A stretch of 61,963 nucleotides of DNA, filler included, from Nitrospirae bacterium CG2_30_53_67 (GCA_001873285.1; 6 parts of 6 records of this genome joined end to end with filler, not necessarily neighbours in it), one strand, 5' to 3'. Numbered from the whole stretch's first letter, positions 16,856-27,323 are shown. Notes: a model not told the origin generated them from the sequence alone. Numbers and translations: made by a program.

Positions 16856-18571
16856 ATGTTTGAACAAAAGATGTCAAAAACCTTTGTGAGGTTGTTGGAT
16901 TTGAAAGAGACACTGACCGAGATATTGGCCGGATCCATCGACCGGGCCCGAGAGGACGGGACGCTTCCGCTGAACAGGCGTCCTGCAATCCAACTGGATA
17001 TTCCCAAGGATTCCCTGCTCGGTGATTTTGCGTCCAACCTGGCCATGGTCCTGGCCAGAGACCTCAAGCGCTCCCCGCGAGAGATCGCAAAGGTCGTGAT
17101 CGACCATCTATCGGATCCGGATGGGTTGATCGCCAGGTGCGAAGTGGCCGGCCCGGGCTTTATCAACTTCTTTTTAAAGGAAGACTACTGGGTCAAGGTC
17201 CTAAAAGATATTGAGGCCAAGGGGGATGCCTACGGAAGGTCCGAATTGGGCAAGGGGTCCCGTGTCATCGTGGAATTCGTCAGCGCCAACCCTACGGGTC
17301 CTCTCCATATCGGTCACGGACGAGGGGCCGTGGTCGGTGATGCCCTCTGCCGGATACTGAATGCTTCAGGGTATGAGGTATCCCGTGAGTTTTATATCAA
17401 TGACGCCGGGAGACAGTTGAAGGACCTCGGCCGGTCCGTCTGGCTCCGGTATCGTCAACTCTTCGATGGATCGGTCCCGTTCCCTTCGGAGGGGGTCTAC
17501 CCAGGCGAATATGTCATGGATATCGCGAGGCAGGTCCGGGATCGAGAAGGGGACCGCTTTCTCTCCATGGACGAAGCTGCGGCGATATCGGCGCTTTCCG
17601 ATTCAGGCTGCAGGATGATGCTCGATGCCATCCGGTCGGACCTAAAAAAAATGGGGGTCCGGTTCGATCTTTTTTTCTCCGAGAAGTCCCTCTATGAGCA
17701 GGGAAAGGTCCAGGCGTGCATCTCCGAGCTGAAAGAGAAGCATCTTGTCTTTGAGGAAGAGAACGGCGCCCTGGTTCTGAGGACCTCCCTGTTCGGCGAC
17801 GACAAGGACCGGGTCCTGATCAAAGGGAACGGCGAGTACACCTATTTTGCCTCGGATATCGCCTACCATCGTGACAAGCTGGGGAGAGGGGCTGACCGCC
17901 TGATCAACATCTGGGGGGCCGATCACCATGGATATATCCCAAGGATAAAGAGCGTGGTACGGGCCCTGGGTCACGATGCCGATACCCTCCAGGTCCTGCT
18001 GATTCAGATGGTGAATCTGTTGAGAGAGGGGAAGCCGGTGCGCATGGGGAAGAGAAGCGGTGAGTTCGTCACCCTGTCCGAGGTGATCGAGGAGGTGGGA
18101 ACCGATGCGGCCCGTTTCTTTTTTCTTCTCAGGCGGTCGGATTCGCATCTGGATTTCGACCTGGATCTCGCCAAAACCCAGAGCAATGAAAATCCGGTTT
18201 ATTATGTGCAGTATGCCCACGCCAGGATCTGCAGCATATTCCGCCAGGCCGGGGACAAGGGGATCCCGATCCCGGAAAGCGGCGATGTCAACTTCGACCT
18301 CCTTTCACTTCCGGAAGAGAAAGATTTGATGAGATTTCTCGGCGCCTATCCCGAAGTGGTGGAGGGCGCGGCCTTGGCCCTGGAGCCGCACAGGATTCCT
18401 TTCTATCTGCAGGAACTGGCTGCGCGGCTCCATGCATACTATTTCAAGCAGCGAATCATTTCTGAAGAACAGGAGAAGAATTCGGCCCGGCTCTTTCTCG
18501 TGGGGGCTGTGCGAACCGTGATCAGGAATGCCCTGAATCTCCTGGGCGTTTCCGCTCCGGAGAAGATGTAA
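16856..18571 (+). CDS. argS: Arginine--tRNA ligase (true start probably near TTG 16901)
   Basis: SANPTGPLHIGH, GADHHGY, YVQYAHAR, VSAPEKM. Confidence 0.98.
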   Translation: MFEQKMSKTFVRLLDLKETLTEILAGSIDRAREDGTLPLNRRPAIQLDIPKDSLLGDFASNLAMVLARDLKRSPREIAKVVIDHLSDPDGLIARCEVAGPGFINFFLKEDYWVKVLKDIEAKGDAYGRSELGKGSRVIVEFVSANPTGPLHIGHGRGAVVGDALCRILNASGYEVSREFYINDAGRQLKDLGRSVWLRYRQLFDGSVPFPSEGVYPGEYVMDIARQVRDREGDRFLSMDEAAAISALSDSGCRMMLDAIRSDLKKMGVRFDLFFSEKSLYEQGKVQACISELKEKHLVFEEENGALVLRTSLFGDDKDRVLIKGNGEYTYFASDIAYHRDKLGRGADRLINIWGADHHGYIPRIKSVVRALGHDADTLQVLLIQMVNLLREGKPVRMGKRSGEFVTLSEVIEEVGTDAARFFFLLRRSDSHLDFDLDLAKTQSNENPVYYVQYAHARICSIFRQAGDKGIPIPESGDVNFDLLSLPEEKDLMRFLGAYPEVVEGAALALEPHRIPFYLQELAARLHAYYFKQRIISEEQEKNSARLFLVGAVRTVIRNALNLLGVSAPEKM

Positions 18572-18591
18572 TCGAAAATGATAAGAGATGA

Positions 18592-18609
18592 AACCACAGC
18601 TCTGTGGTT
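18592..18609. repeat. Collapsed 9-nt-unit hairpin repeat
   Basis: AACCACAGCTCTGTGGTT. Confidence 0.55.
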
Positions 18610-18624
18610 AGGTTTTGACAATGC

Positions 18625-19365
18625 GTGTTTTGCCGGTCGGAGGAGTCTATGGAAAAGGATATGATGGATCTGGATAAGATCGTGGAAGATGATGAATTTC
18701 ATCTGGACGACAAGAAGAACAAGCTGATGATCTCAGGAGCCGTTGTGACCTGCATCCTGGTCTTTGCGCTCGGATTCCTTGTCGGCCGCTATTTCCCAAT
18801 CACCAGCGATGTCCAAAAGCAGGCAGCCGAGGTTTCCGCTTCTCCGGATGCGGGCGGGCATCAGGCCGAGGTGGGAGCGCCGGCGCCTAAATCCGAATTT
18901 ACTTTTTATGATGAACTCTCGAAAAAGGGACCGAATGACGGGATCTCGGACCAGGGACCGATTCCATCTATTCCTTCTCCTTCTCCCTCACCGGTTGTCG
19001 GGGCCTCGCCGCCTCAGCCCATGCCCGAAGAGAGTCCTTCGGCGCGTACGGAGGCTGCCGGATCCGCTGAGAGCCGGGAGGCCTCGGCCCCTGCTGTTTT
19101 TGAGACTCAAAAGATCATGGCCTCGCAGTACACCATACAGGTCGGCGCATTTGAAGATCGGTCGGCAGCGGAGAAGCTGGCGGGTCATTTGAAACAGAAA
19201 GGCTACCCGTCCTACATCCTGCCGAAGACGGTTCCAGGAAAGGGGACCTTTCACCGGGTCCGGGTCGGGCGTTATCCGGATCGGGCTGAGGCCGAACAGA
19301 CGGCGAAACTCCTTGAGGATAAGGACGGGGTTTCAACGTTCATTACGCTTTATGCCAAGCAGTAA
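18625..19365 (+). CDS. SPOR-domain cell division protein (FtsN/DedD-like)
   Basis: Single TM, FTFYDEL, Pro-rich linker, YTIQVGAF..HRVRVG; follows argS. Confidence 0.88.
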   Translation: MFCRSEESMEKDMMDLDKIVEDDEFHLDDKKNKLMISGAVVTCILVFALGFLVGRYFPITSDVQKQAAEVSASPDAGGHQAEVGAPAPKSEFTFYDELSKKGPNDGISDQGPIPSIPSPSPSPVVGASPPQPMPEESPSARTEAAGSAESREASAPAVFETQKIMASQYTIQVGAFEDRSAAEKLAGHLKQKGYPSYILPKTVPGKGTFHRVRVGRYPDRAEAEQTAKLLEDKDGVSTFITLYAKQ

Positions 19366-19372
19366 CAGGGAT

Positions 19373-20287
19373 ATGCATATAGAGACGATCAGAAAGCCGG
19401 TGACGGTCAGGACCATCGGCGATGAACTCAGAAAGCAGTTCGGCTGCCGCGTGCACAAGATCCCGGTTCATGCGGGGATGACCTGTCCGAACCGGGACGG
19501 CACGCTCGGCGCCGGAGGATGCGCGTACTGCGGGCCGTCCGGGTCCGCATCCGCCTGGAACGACCCGGACCAGCCGGTTGTCCGGCAGGTTTCTAAAGGC
19601 ATGGAGATTGCAAGAAGCCGGTTCCATGCCGAGAAATTCATCGCCTACTTTCAGCCGTTCACCAACACCTATGCCCCGGTCCGGAGATTGCAAAGGCTTT
19701 GGGACGAGGCGCTAAGAGTTCCGAATGTGGTGGGACTATCCGTAGGCACACGGCCCGACTGCCTGCCGGAGCCGGTGCTCGACCTGTTCAGTTCCTATCA
19801 GGATCGGCTCCCCTATCTCTGTCTGGAGATCGGGCTTCAGAGCGCTCACGACAGGACTTTACGGGAGATTCGCCGGGGTCATGATTTTGCCTGTTTTAAG
19901 GATGCGGTTTCTCGGGCGCAGGCACGGGGGATCCCGATCTGCGCGCATGTCATCCTCGGACTTCCCGGAGAATCCGAACAGGAGATGATGGAGACCGTGC
20001 AGGCTGTGCTGGATATGGGAATTCAGGGGATCAAACTCCACCATCTTCACATCATCAAAGGCGCTCCCCTGGAACAGGAGTATATTCAGGGGAGGGTGCG
20101 GCTTTTCGAGATGGAAGAATATGTCCGTCTGGTTTGCAGAATCCTTGATGGGATCGGAGGACGCATGGTGATCCACCGTTTCATGGGCGAGGCCCCGGGT
20201 GATCTTCTCGTGGCCCCTTTATGGACGAGACGCAAGGGTGAGGTGCTCAACGCAATTTACAGGGAGTTGAATCTATGCATTCAGTAG
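19373..20287 (+). CDS. YhcC/TIGR01212-type radical SAM protein
   Basis: TCPNRDG..GCAYC, YFQPFTNTY, GTRPDC, GIKLHHLH. Confidence 0.92.
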   Translation: MHIETIRKPVTVRTIGDELRKQFGCRVHKIPVHAGMTCPNRDGTLGAGGCAYCGPSGSASAWNDPDQPVVRQVSKGMEIARSRFHAEKFIAYFQPFTNTYAPVRRLQRLWDEALRVPNVVGLSVGTRPDCLPEPVLDLFSSYQDRLPYLCLEIGLQSAHDRTLREIRRGHDFACFKDAVSRAQARGIPICAHVILGLPGESEQEMMETVQAVLDMGIQGIKLHHLHIIKGAPLEQEYIQGRVRLFEMEEYVRLVCRILDGIGGRMVIHRFMGEAPGDLLVAPLWTRRKGEVLNAIYRELNLCIQ

Positions 20288-21012
20288 AAACCCCGGAAGG
20301 GAACCGTCTGACCATGGTGCGGAATTTTTTCGGCAGGAAGAAGACCATACAGGAGGTGATCACCTCCGGCCAAGAGGTGCGGAGGAACCTCGAATGGGCG
20401 CTTGGAAGCCAGGTTGAAGTCAGGCTCTCTGCGGGATCCTTTCCGCGCTCCTTTCATGCCAAGGTGTCCGGGGTTGATCATTCCCCGCTCAACGCCTATA
20501 TTCTGCTTCGGGCGGAGATCCCTCAGGAAGTGAAATCCATCCTGAACGGTAAAGGATCCCTTACCCTGGAATATGACTCAAGGCGCGGGACCCGCTTTCA
20601 TTTTCAATCCTTTCTCCTGTCGGAGATGGACATGGCATCCGGTGAGTTCAGGGCGGGCTATCCGTCCGAGATCGAGACCGTACAGGATATTCATGCCTAC
20701 CGTTTCAAAAATATCCTGCGAGAACCGATCCAGGTCGATCTGGGAAAAGAGCGGGGTGTGGCAGTGGATATCGGTCTTCATGGGCTGCTCATCACCTGCA
20801 ACCGGATATTCGAGAAAGAGGAATTTATCAGTGATCTGAAGATTGCCCTCCCTGAACTCAGCCTGGTGCAGGGAACGGCCGTGGTCAGGCATATCCAGAA
20901 CTCCAAAGCCTATCCAGGCTGGCGGTATCTCTGCGGGGTGGAGATCACCGGGATGAAACCCAAGGATCATAGAAATCTCAACCGTTATCTGACCCGGATG
21001 TTGAGTCAATAG
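20275..21012 (+). CDS. PilZ/YcgR-like protein
   Basis: YcgR-like N domain; DIGLHG and C-terminal CGVEI beta-barrel pattern; RxxxR motif degenerate. Confidence 0.6.
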   Translation: MHSVETPEGNRLTMVRNFFGRKKTIQEVITSGQEVRRNLEWALGSQVEVRLSAGSFPRSFHAKVSGVDHSPLNAYILLRAEIPQEVKSILNGKGSLTLEYDSRRGTRFHFQSFLLSEMDMASGEFRAGYPSEIETVQDIHAYRFKNILREPIQVDLGKERGVAVDIGLHGLLITCNRIFEKEEFISDLKIALPELSLVQGTAVVRHIQNSKAYPGWRYLCGVEITGMKPKDHRNLNRYLTRMLSQ

Positions 21013-21041
21013 CAGCCCCGCTTTCCGTGCGGTTCAACTTA

Positions 21042-21073
21042 GCGGCCTTATTCGTAAATACGGTCGGTACGTT
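21042..21073. mobile_element. Deleted remnant of the TTA-flanked MITE
   Basis: TTA|GCGGCCTTATTCGTAAATACGG fused to TCGGTACGTT. Confidence 0.55.
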
Positions 21074-21104
21074 TTAGACACGAAAGAGACCATTCTTCCA
21101 GCCT

Positions 21105-21956
21105 ATGATGCAGACGCTCAGAAATCTTCTCAGGATGATCAAGTTTCCCCATACGGTTTTTGCCCTTCCGTTTGCCCTGATGGGGGCCTTGCTTGCCGAG
21201 AAGAGAATCCCCCCGGTTGACAAGCTCCTCTGGATTCTTCTGGCCATGGCCGGCGCAAGAACAGCCGCCATGACCCTCAACCGGATTGTGGACAGGGATC
21301 TCGATGCCGCCAACCCCAGGACCGCAGAGCGGGAGATCCCTCAAGGGATCATCACGACGAGGCAGGCCATGGTGATGCTCGCGGCATCGGTCATCCTCTT
21401 CGAATGGGCCGCTTTTTCCTTGAACCGGCTCTGCCTGATTCTTTCCCCGGTCGCCCTCTTCATCATTCTGGGGTATTCGTTCACCAAAAGGTTTACCCGG
21501 TATTCCCACATGGTTCTCGGCCTCTCCCTCGGGATTGCGCCGGCCGGCGCCTGGATCGCCGTTCGGGGATCCGTGGACCTTCCCGTCATCCTCCTCAGCC
21601 TCGCCGTTCTCTTCTGGGCGGCCGGGTTTGATATCCTGTATGCCATTCAAGACGTGGACTTCGACAGGAAGGCGGGACTCCACTCGATTCCACGTTTCCT
21701 CGGGGTCAGGGCCTCTTTACTCCTTGCACGGGTCTTCCATGCTTTCACATTCATGATCCTTCTGATCATCACTTTTCTTGTCGGCCTGGGAGTCTATTAT
21801 CTCATTGGCGTCCTGACTGTGGGGGGGCTCCTCTTTTATGAACATTCGCTGGTCAGCGAGAAGGACCTCTCCCGGCTCAACGTGGCCTTCTTCAACATGA
21901 ACGGCTATATCAGCGTTACCATATTTGCCTTTACACTCCTTGATATTCTGTTGTAA
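21105..21956 (+). CDS. ubiA: UbiA-family prenyltransferase (MqnP-like)
   Basis: IKFPHTVFALPF, NRIVDRDLDAANPRT, DILYAIQD. Confidence 0.92.
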   Translation: MMQTLRNLLRMIKFPHTVFALPFALMGALLAEKRIPPVDKLLWILLAMAGARTAAMTLNRIVDRDLDAANPRTAEREIPQGIITTRQAMVMLAASVILFEWAAFSLNRLCLILSPVALFIILGYSFTKRFTRYSHMVLGLSLGIAPAGAWIAVRGSVDLPVILLSLAVLFWAAGFDILYAIQDVDFDRKAGLHSIPRFLGVRASLLLARVFHAFTFMILLIITFLVGLGVYYLIGVLTVGGLLFYEHSLVSEKDLSRLNVAFFNMNGYISVTIFAFTLLDILL

Positions 21957-21985
21957 GGTTGTTTAAGGGCAGACAGTCCGAAATA

Positions 21986-22024
21986 AACCAGAACACAGAG
22001 TATTTCTCTGTGCACTCTGTGGTT
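21986..22024. repeat. 9-nt-unit hairpin repeat
   Basis: AACCAGAACACAGAG..CTCTGTGCACTCTGTGGTT. Confidence 0.8.
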
Positions 22025-22074
22025 CGGTTTTTGGTCAGGTTTAACAATACGGACGCATGTCCCCTGAGTCTTGT

Positions 22075-22707
22075 ATGAGTCATAAGAATCATCATAAAAA
22101 ATGGATCCTCGGCATCTCCGGCGCCAGCGGGGCGGTGTACGGTCTGCGTCTTCTTGAAGTCCTGAACCGGAAGGGCCGCGACGTGGACCTGATCCTCTCG
22201 GATGCCGGGAAGATCGTGATCCGGGAAGAGACGGGCATTGACCTTCTCAAGGGAAAAGAAGACCCTCGTAAGGTCCTGAAGAAGAAGCTCGGCATCAATC
22301 CCGCTTCGATACGGGTCTTTAATAACTATGATTTTGAAACACCCGCTGCCAGCGGGTCCAATCCCGTGGAGGGGATGATCATCGCCCCATGTTCCATGGG
22401 GACCCTTGCGGCCGTGGCCTGCGGTCTTGCCGACAACCTGATGCGCAGGGCCGCGGACGTGATGATCAAACAGAAAAAGCCTTTGATCCTTGTTGCGAGG
22501 GAGACCCCGCTCTCGGCCGTTCACCTTGAGAATATGCTGAAGCTCTCCCGTCTCGGCGTGGTGATCCTTCCTCCCATGCCGGCGTTCTATCACCATCCCA
22601 AGACCATCGAGGAACTGACCGATTTTGTGGTGGGCCGTGTGCTCGACGTGATCGGCATCGAGCATGAACTGTATCAGAGATGGCAGGGAGAGCGGCCGGA
22701 TTTATAG
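22075..22707 (+). CDS. ubiX: Flavin prenyltransferase UbiX
   Basis: GISGASG, ASGS, PCSMGT, RETP, PAFY. Confidence 0.95.
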   Translation: MSHKNHHKKWILGISGASGAVYGLRLLEVLNRKGRDVDLILSDAGKIVIREETGIDLLKGKEDPRKVLKKKLGINPASIRVFNNYDFETPAASGSNPVEGMIIAPCSMGTLAAVACGLADNLMRRAADVMIKQKKPLILVARETPLSAVHLENMLKLSRLGVVILPPMPAFYHHPKTIEELTDFVVGRVLDVIGIEHELYQRWQGERPDL

Positions 22708-22725
22708 GGAGGCGCCAATATCAAA

Positions 22726-22781
22726 TTATCAATGTCTGACCCTCAAAAAGATCTTATCAATGTCTGACCCTCAAAAAGATC
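22726..22781 (+). repeat. Perfect 28-bp tandem duplication spanning the dinG start
   Basis: TTATCAATGTCTGACCCTCAAAAAGATC x2. Confidence 0.92.
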
Positions 22782-24700
22782 TTAAGAAGATATTCGGCGG
22801 GTCCGGAAGTCTTTCCGGCATTCTTTCCGACTATGAATCGAGGCCTCAGCAGTCGGAGATGAGCCGCATGATCTACCGGGCATTGCTGAAAGGGGGGCAT
22901 GTCCTGGTGGAGGCAGGCACCGGGACCGGGAAAACCTTGGCCTACCTTATACCGGCGGTCCTGTCGGGAAAGAAGGTGATTGTTTCTACCGGGACCAAAG
23001 CCCTTCAGGAACAGCTCTTTTACAAAGACATCCCTCTGATCCGAAAAGCGTTATCTATCCCTTTTCTTGCCAGTTACATGAAAGGGCGGTCCAATTATCT
23101 CTGCCTGAACCGGTTTCTTAAGTTCAGCGCCTTCCCCTTATTGGATACCCCGATTGAGGCCAGGCTTTTCCGCACGGTGCAAAGATGGGTTGGGAAGACA
23201 AAAACCGGGGATGCGGCGGACCTCTACGGCGTGGACGTGAACTCCCAGCTCTGGCGCAGGATCAATTCCGGGGCGGAAACCTGCATGGGGAGTCAGTGCC
23301 CGGATATTGAAAAGTGCTTTATCACGCGGATGCGCAGGGAGGCGGTCAAATCAGATATCGTGATTGTGAACCATCATCTTTTTTTTGCCGATTTGTCCGT
23401 CAGGGAGAAGGGTTATGGCGAGGTGATCCCGGCCTATGATGCGGTGATCTTCGATGAGGCCCACCTGATCGAGGAGGTCGCAACCCATTACTTCGGCTTT
23501 CAGGTCAGCAATTACCGGGTTTCCGAACTGATTCGGGACACACGCCAAGGGCTTCATGATCTCAAGAATAAAAAGGGCGCGGTCAGGATTGGAAAGACCT
23601 GCTCTGAGCTTGAGGAAAAGTCCATGGATTTTTTTTCGTCTTTCGTGCACGGGCCGGAAAGAATGCGCCTTCTGAAGGAGAAGACGGATGCCGGCCTTTT
23701 ATTGAAGAGCTCGCAGTTGATGATTCTCCTTGGCCGGCTGCAAGGAGAACTCAAGGAAATCGTATCCGGCGGCGAGGCGCTTGCCTCATGCGCCGGAAGG
23801 ACGGGTGAGTTATCCGGCGATCTTCAGCGGATCATGGAGGCGAAAGATCCGGATAGGGTCTACTGGCGTGAGATCCGTGGGAAAGGGGTCTTCCTTCATG
23901 CATCGCCGATAGATGTCTCCAATGATCTGGCCGGGAAAGTTTTTTCCAAGGTCTCCTGCGCGGTGCTGACTTCGGCCACATTAACGGCCGGGGGGAGCTT
24001 CGGATTCATCAAGAAACGGCTGGGGATCGCAGACGCAGCAGAGAGGTCCTTTCCTTCTCCCTTTGACTATGCCTCGCAGGTTATTCTTTATCTCCCGGAT
24101 ATGAAGAGCGAACCGGACAGTCCGGACTTTGTCGAAGAGGCATCGCTTCATATACAAGAGATATTGGAGAAGACCAGGGGCCGTGCGTTCATTCTTTTTA
24201 CAAGCTACCGGCATATGAACGCCGTCTACGATCTGCTTGAGGGAAGGATAAACTATCCTCTATTAAAACAGGGGGATGACTCCGGGGAGGCCCTTCTTGC
24301 ACGGTTCCGAGAGGAGACCGAGTCCGTGCTTTTGGCCACGCGTTCCTTCTGGCAGGGGATCGATGTCCAGGGAGAATCTCTTTCTTGTGTGATCATTGAT
24401 AAACTCCCGTTCGCCTCGCCTTCGGATCCTGTGGTGGCCTCCCGGATCGATGCGATCCGAAGAAGGGGAGGGAACCCCTTTTACGAATACCAGCTCCCTG
24501 AAGCGGTGATCAACTTGAAACAGGGGTTCGGGCGCCTGATCCGGAACAAAAAGGACCGGGGTGTTCTTTCCATCATGGACAGGCGCATACAATCCCGCTC
24601 GTATGGAAAGGTCTTCTTGCAGAGCCTTCCTCCCTGTACGGTGATCCATGAACCAACGGGGATCGAAAAGATTTTTTCCACCCATGAAAAAATCTTTTAA
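22760..24700 (+). CDS. dinG: DinG/YoaA-family helicase
   Basis: EAGTGTGKT, Fe-S Cys residues, DEAH, QGFGRLIR. Confidence 0.93.
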   Translation: MSDPQKDLKKIFGGSGSLSGILSDYESRPQQSEMSRMIYRALLKGGHVLVEAGTGTGKTLAYLIPAVLSGKKVIVSTGTKALQEQLFYKDIPLIRKALSIPFLASYMKGRSNYLCLNRFLKFSAFPLLDTPIEARLFRTVQRWVGKTKTGDAADLYGVDVNSQLWRRINSGAETCMGSQCPDIEKCFITRMRREAVKSDIVIVNHHLFFADLSVREKGYGEVIPAYDAVIFDEAHLIEEVATHYFGFQVSNYRVSELIRDTRQGLHDLKNKKGAVRIGKTCSELEEKSMDFFSSFVHGPERMRLLKEKTDAGLLLKSSQLMILLGRLQGELKEIVSGGEALASCAGRTGELSGDLQRIMEAKDPDRVYWREIRGKGVFLHASPIDVSNDLAGKVFSKVSCAVLTSATLTAGGSFGFIKKRLGIADAAERSFPSPFDYASQVILYLPDMKSEPDSPDFVEEASLHIQEILEKTRGRAFILFTSYRHMNAVYDLLEGRINYPLLKQGDDSGEALLARFREETESVLLATRSFWQGIDVQGESLSCVIIDKLPFASPSDPVVASRIDAIRRRGGNPFYEYQLPEAVINLKQGFGRLIRNKKDRGVLSIMDRRIQSRSYGKVFLQSLPPCTVIHEPTGIEKIFSTHEKIF

Positions 24701-24797
24701 AATCAAAAAATTTTAGAATATGAAACTTCAGGCCTTGACTGAAACATGAATGATTTCTATCAGTCAATCGCAATCCGGGGCAGAACATGGAAAGAGC

Positions 24798-25041
24798 TTA
24801 TCGTTTCCTGATATAGAATTTGATCGTTCCTTCATCCATCTTTGCTGGTCGTCAACAGCTCTTTGCCCGTTCTGGAAACCCAAGCAGGAATATCATACTC
24901 CGTGCATTCGTCCGTGGTGATCACTTCCAGTACTTTCCCCGCTTCCATGCCGTCCAAGGTCTGTTTCGTCTTCATCATGACCAATGAGCATGCGATCCCT
25001 CTGACATCCAACGTCTTATCCGGTGTGATGATGGCCGCCAT
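24798..25041 (-). pseudogene. tusA: TusA/SirA-family sulfur carrier, frameshifted near the 3' end
   Basis: LDVRGIAC..GKVLEVITTD..DIPAW. A GATG duplication gives KDG*; removing one copy restores KDEGTIKFYIRKR*. Confidence 0.75.
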
Positions 25042-25233
25042 GATTTTTCCTCCCTTCAAAATTTTTCCCCTCATCCTCTCCTTCATGTGTTATCCATATT
25101 CTACCTTAAATGTGTCTATTCGGCAATTTCTTTTTAAACTTACAATTTGAGTTCAATCGGTGTACGGCGGACTCTGAAAAATAATATTTAATATAATGAT
25201 TTTTTGTTTAATAATTTCGGGAAAAACCATCTT

Positions 25234-26679
25234 TTATCCCTTTATGACACCTAAAGGCCTCATTTTCGCTACTTTAAGCGCGATTCCTGCATCATGCATG
25301 ACCTGTACAACGTTATGGATATCTTTATAGGCCTCGGGCATCTCCTCGGCCAGGGTGGATTTTCCTCTGGACATGACGATAATGCCCTGGTCTTCGAGTT
25401 CCCTGTAAATGGCCCTTCCCTTGGCGGCTTTGACGGCCCCATGCCGCGAGAGGAGACGACCGGCGCCGTGGCAGGTGGAGCCGAAGGTCTGCTGCATGGC
25501 CTCTTCAGTTCCTACCGATACATAGGATGCGCGTCCCATGTCTCCCGGAATCAGGACCGGCTGGCCGACCCGGCGGTAATCCTTGGGAATGAGGGGATGG
25601 CCGGGGGGGAAGGCTCGTGTGGCCCCCTTTCTATGTACACAGACCCTGCGTTGATGACCGTTGATACGGTGCTCTTCGATCTTGGCGATATTGTGACAGA
25701 CGTCATAAACGAGCCGCGCGCCGATTTCTTTCGGACCCATGCCCAAGGCCTTCTGAAGGGTATGGATGGAGAGATGCATCATGATCTGGCGGTTCGCCCA
25801 GGCGAAGTTGGCAGCGCAGGCCATGGCCGCCATATAATCCTTCCCCTCCGGAGAGGATAGAGGAGCGCAGGCCAATTGACGGTCCGGAAGTGTAAAATGG
25901 TATTTGGATGCGGCGTGGGACATGACCTTGAGGTAATCGTCGCAGATCTGGTAGCCGAAGCCTCTGGATCCTGAATGGATCATCAAGGTGATCCCCTGTT
26001 TAAAAAGGCCGAATGTGCCGGCTGCGGCCTCATCAAAGATCTCATCAACCACCTGGATCTCAATGAAGTGATTCCCGGAACCGAGCGTGCCCAGTTGGTT
26101 CAATCCTCGCTCGCAGGCTTTCTCGCTGACCTTGTCCGGGTCAGCGCCGGGCATACATCCGGATTCCTCGGTATGATCGAGGTCGTCCTGGGTTCCAAAG
26201 CCGTTTTTCACGGCCCAGGCTGCGCCCTGAACCATGACCTTTTCTTCCTCCGAACGGTTCAATTCCGGGATGGCGCCATGGGAACCCACACCGCAGGGGA
26301 TGTTCTGAAAGAGCGCCGTGACCAAGTCTCGTATACGATGCTTGATTTCCCCATGAGTGAGGTTTGTGCGGATCAGCCTGCATCCGCAGTTGATATCATA
26401 TCCCACGCCTCCCGGGGAGATCACACCTTGGTCCATGTCCGTTGCAGCCACCCCGCCGATGGGAAATCCGTATCCCCAATGCATGTCCGGCATGGCCAGG
26501 GAATATTTGAGAATACCGGGGAGGGCGGCCACGTTCATGACCTGCTCCGGGCTTTTATCTGCAAGGATATCTTTGAGCAGTCTTTCATTTGCAAAGATGC
26601 GGCCGGGGACTCTCATCGCCCCCTGTATCGGGATCTCATAGAGGTTGTCATGGATTTTTTTGAGATCTTTGAACTCCAT
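25234..26679 (-). CDS. rtcB: RNA ligase RtcB
   Basis: PDMHWGYG, DINCG, GNHF, HSGSRG, HN, HGAGR. Confidence 0.97.
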   Translation of the reverse strand: MEFKDLKKIHDNLYEIPIQGAMRVPGRIFANERLLKDILADKSPEQVMNVAALPGILKYSLAMPDMHWGYGFPIGGVAATDMDQGVISPGGVGYDINCGCRLIRTNLTHGEIKHRIRDLVTALFQNIPCGVGSHGAIPELNRSEEEKVMVQGAAWAVKNGFGTQDDLDHTEESGCMPGADPDKVSEKACERGLNQLGTLGSGNHFIEIQVVDEIFDEAAAGTFGLFKQGITLMIHSGSRGFGYQICDDYLKVMSHAASKYHFTLPDRQLACAPLSSPEGKDYMAAMACAANFAWANRQIMMHLSIHTLQKALGMGPKEIGARLVYDVCHNIAKIEEHRINGHQRRVCVHRKGATRAFPPGHPLIPKDYRRVGQPVLIPGDMGRASYVSVGTEEAMQQTFGSTCHGAGRLLSRHGAVKAAKGRAIYRELEDQGIIVMSRGKSTLAEEMPEAYKDIHNVVQVMHDAGIALKVAKMRPLGVIKG

Positions 26680-26694
26680 CTGTAAGATCCTCTT

Positions 26695-27123
26695 TTAAAT
26701 ATCCAGCAGAATCTCGGCGGTCCAGACCCCGGCATGCTCTTCTATCCGCAGATTGTGATAGGTTGCCGCCTTGATGTCCGTGAGCCATTCATGCCTGCCG
26801 GGTTGATACGCCTCTCCCCATGCAGCGGCTTCAAGGAAGGTCCGGCTCATGTCCTGAATTTCAAACCTTTTGAAGATCATATACCTTGTATCCCGAATAT
26901 AAAGGAAATGATTCAGCCAGTTCACCATGAGTTCCTGGATATCCATTCCTTCTACCAGGATCTTCTCTTCGCATTTCTCTTGAACATTCTGCATCGCCGC
27001 CATGTTGTCAAAGAGGGTGAAGGCTGCATTCTCAAAGAGATTCGCCAGGGTCTTCCCCCTGACCCGAACGGCCAGATCAGCGGTGTGATTCATGATCTCA
27101 TAGGGTTTAATATGATGCTTCAT
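26695..27123 (-). CDS. Archease
   Basis: HTAD, IKAATYH, terminal LDI; directly upstream of rtcB. Confidence 0.94.
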   Translation of the reverse strand: MKHHIKPYEIMNHTADLAVRVRGKTLANLFENAAFTLFDNMAAMQNVQEKCEEKILVEGMDIQELMVNWLNHFLYIRDTRYMIFKRFEIQDMSRTFLEAAAWGEAYQPGRHEWLTDIKAATYHNLRIEEHAGVWTAEILLDI

Positions 27124-27221
27124 CCCGTTCGTCCTGTTTTTTTAAATTTAGGTATTCTTCTATCATCTCATCTACCCCCGGGGCTCTTGATCTGTTAACC
27201 CCTCAGCTTCTTGCTAAGCTT

Positions 27222-27287
27222 TTCACTCGAACCCTGGACCCCTTGAACCCTTGAACCCTGATGTTTTAACCCACTCTTTTGGAGATG
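27222..27287. repeat. 8-nt tandem-repeat element, single arm (copy C)
   Basis: Reverse complement CATCTCCAAAAGAGTGGGTTAAAACATCAGGGTTCAAGGG.. nearly equals 40214-40260. Confidence 0.85.
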
Positions 27288-27323
27288 TCAAAATTATACC
27301 CGATCGTGAGAATTCTGCAAACT

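Noticed and set aside
24832..24834. TGA in tusA as selenocysteine or read-through
   Set aside because: The expected C-terminus is in another frame, and a 4-bp duplication explains it.
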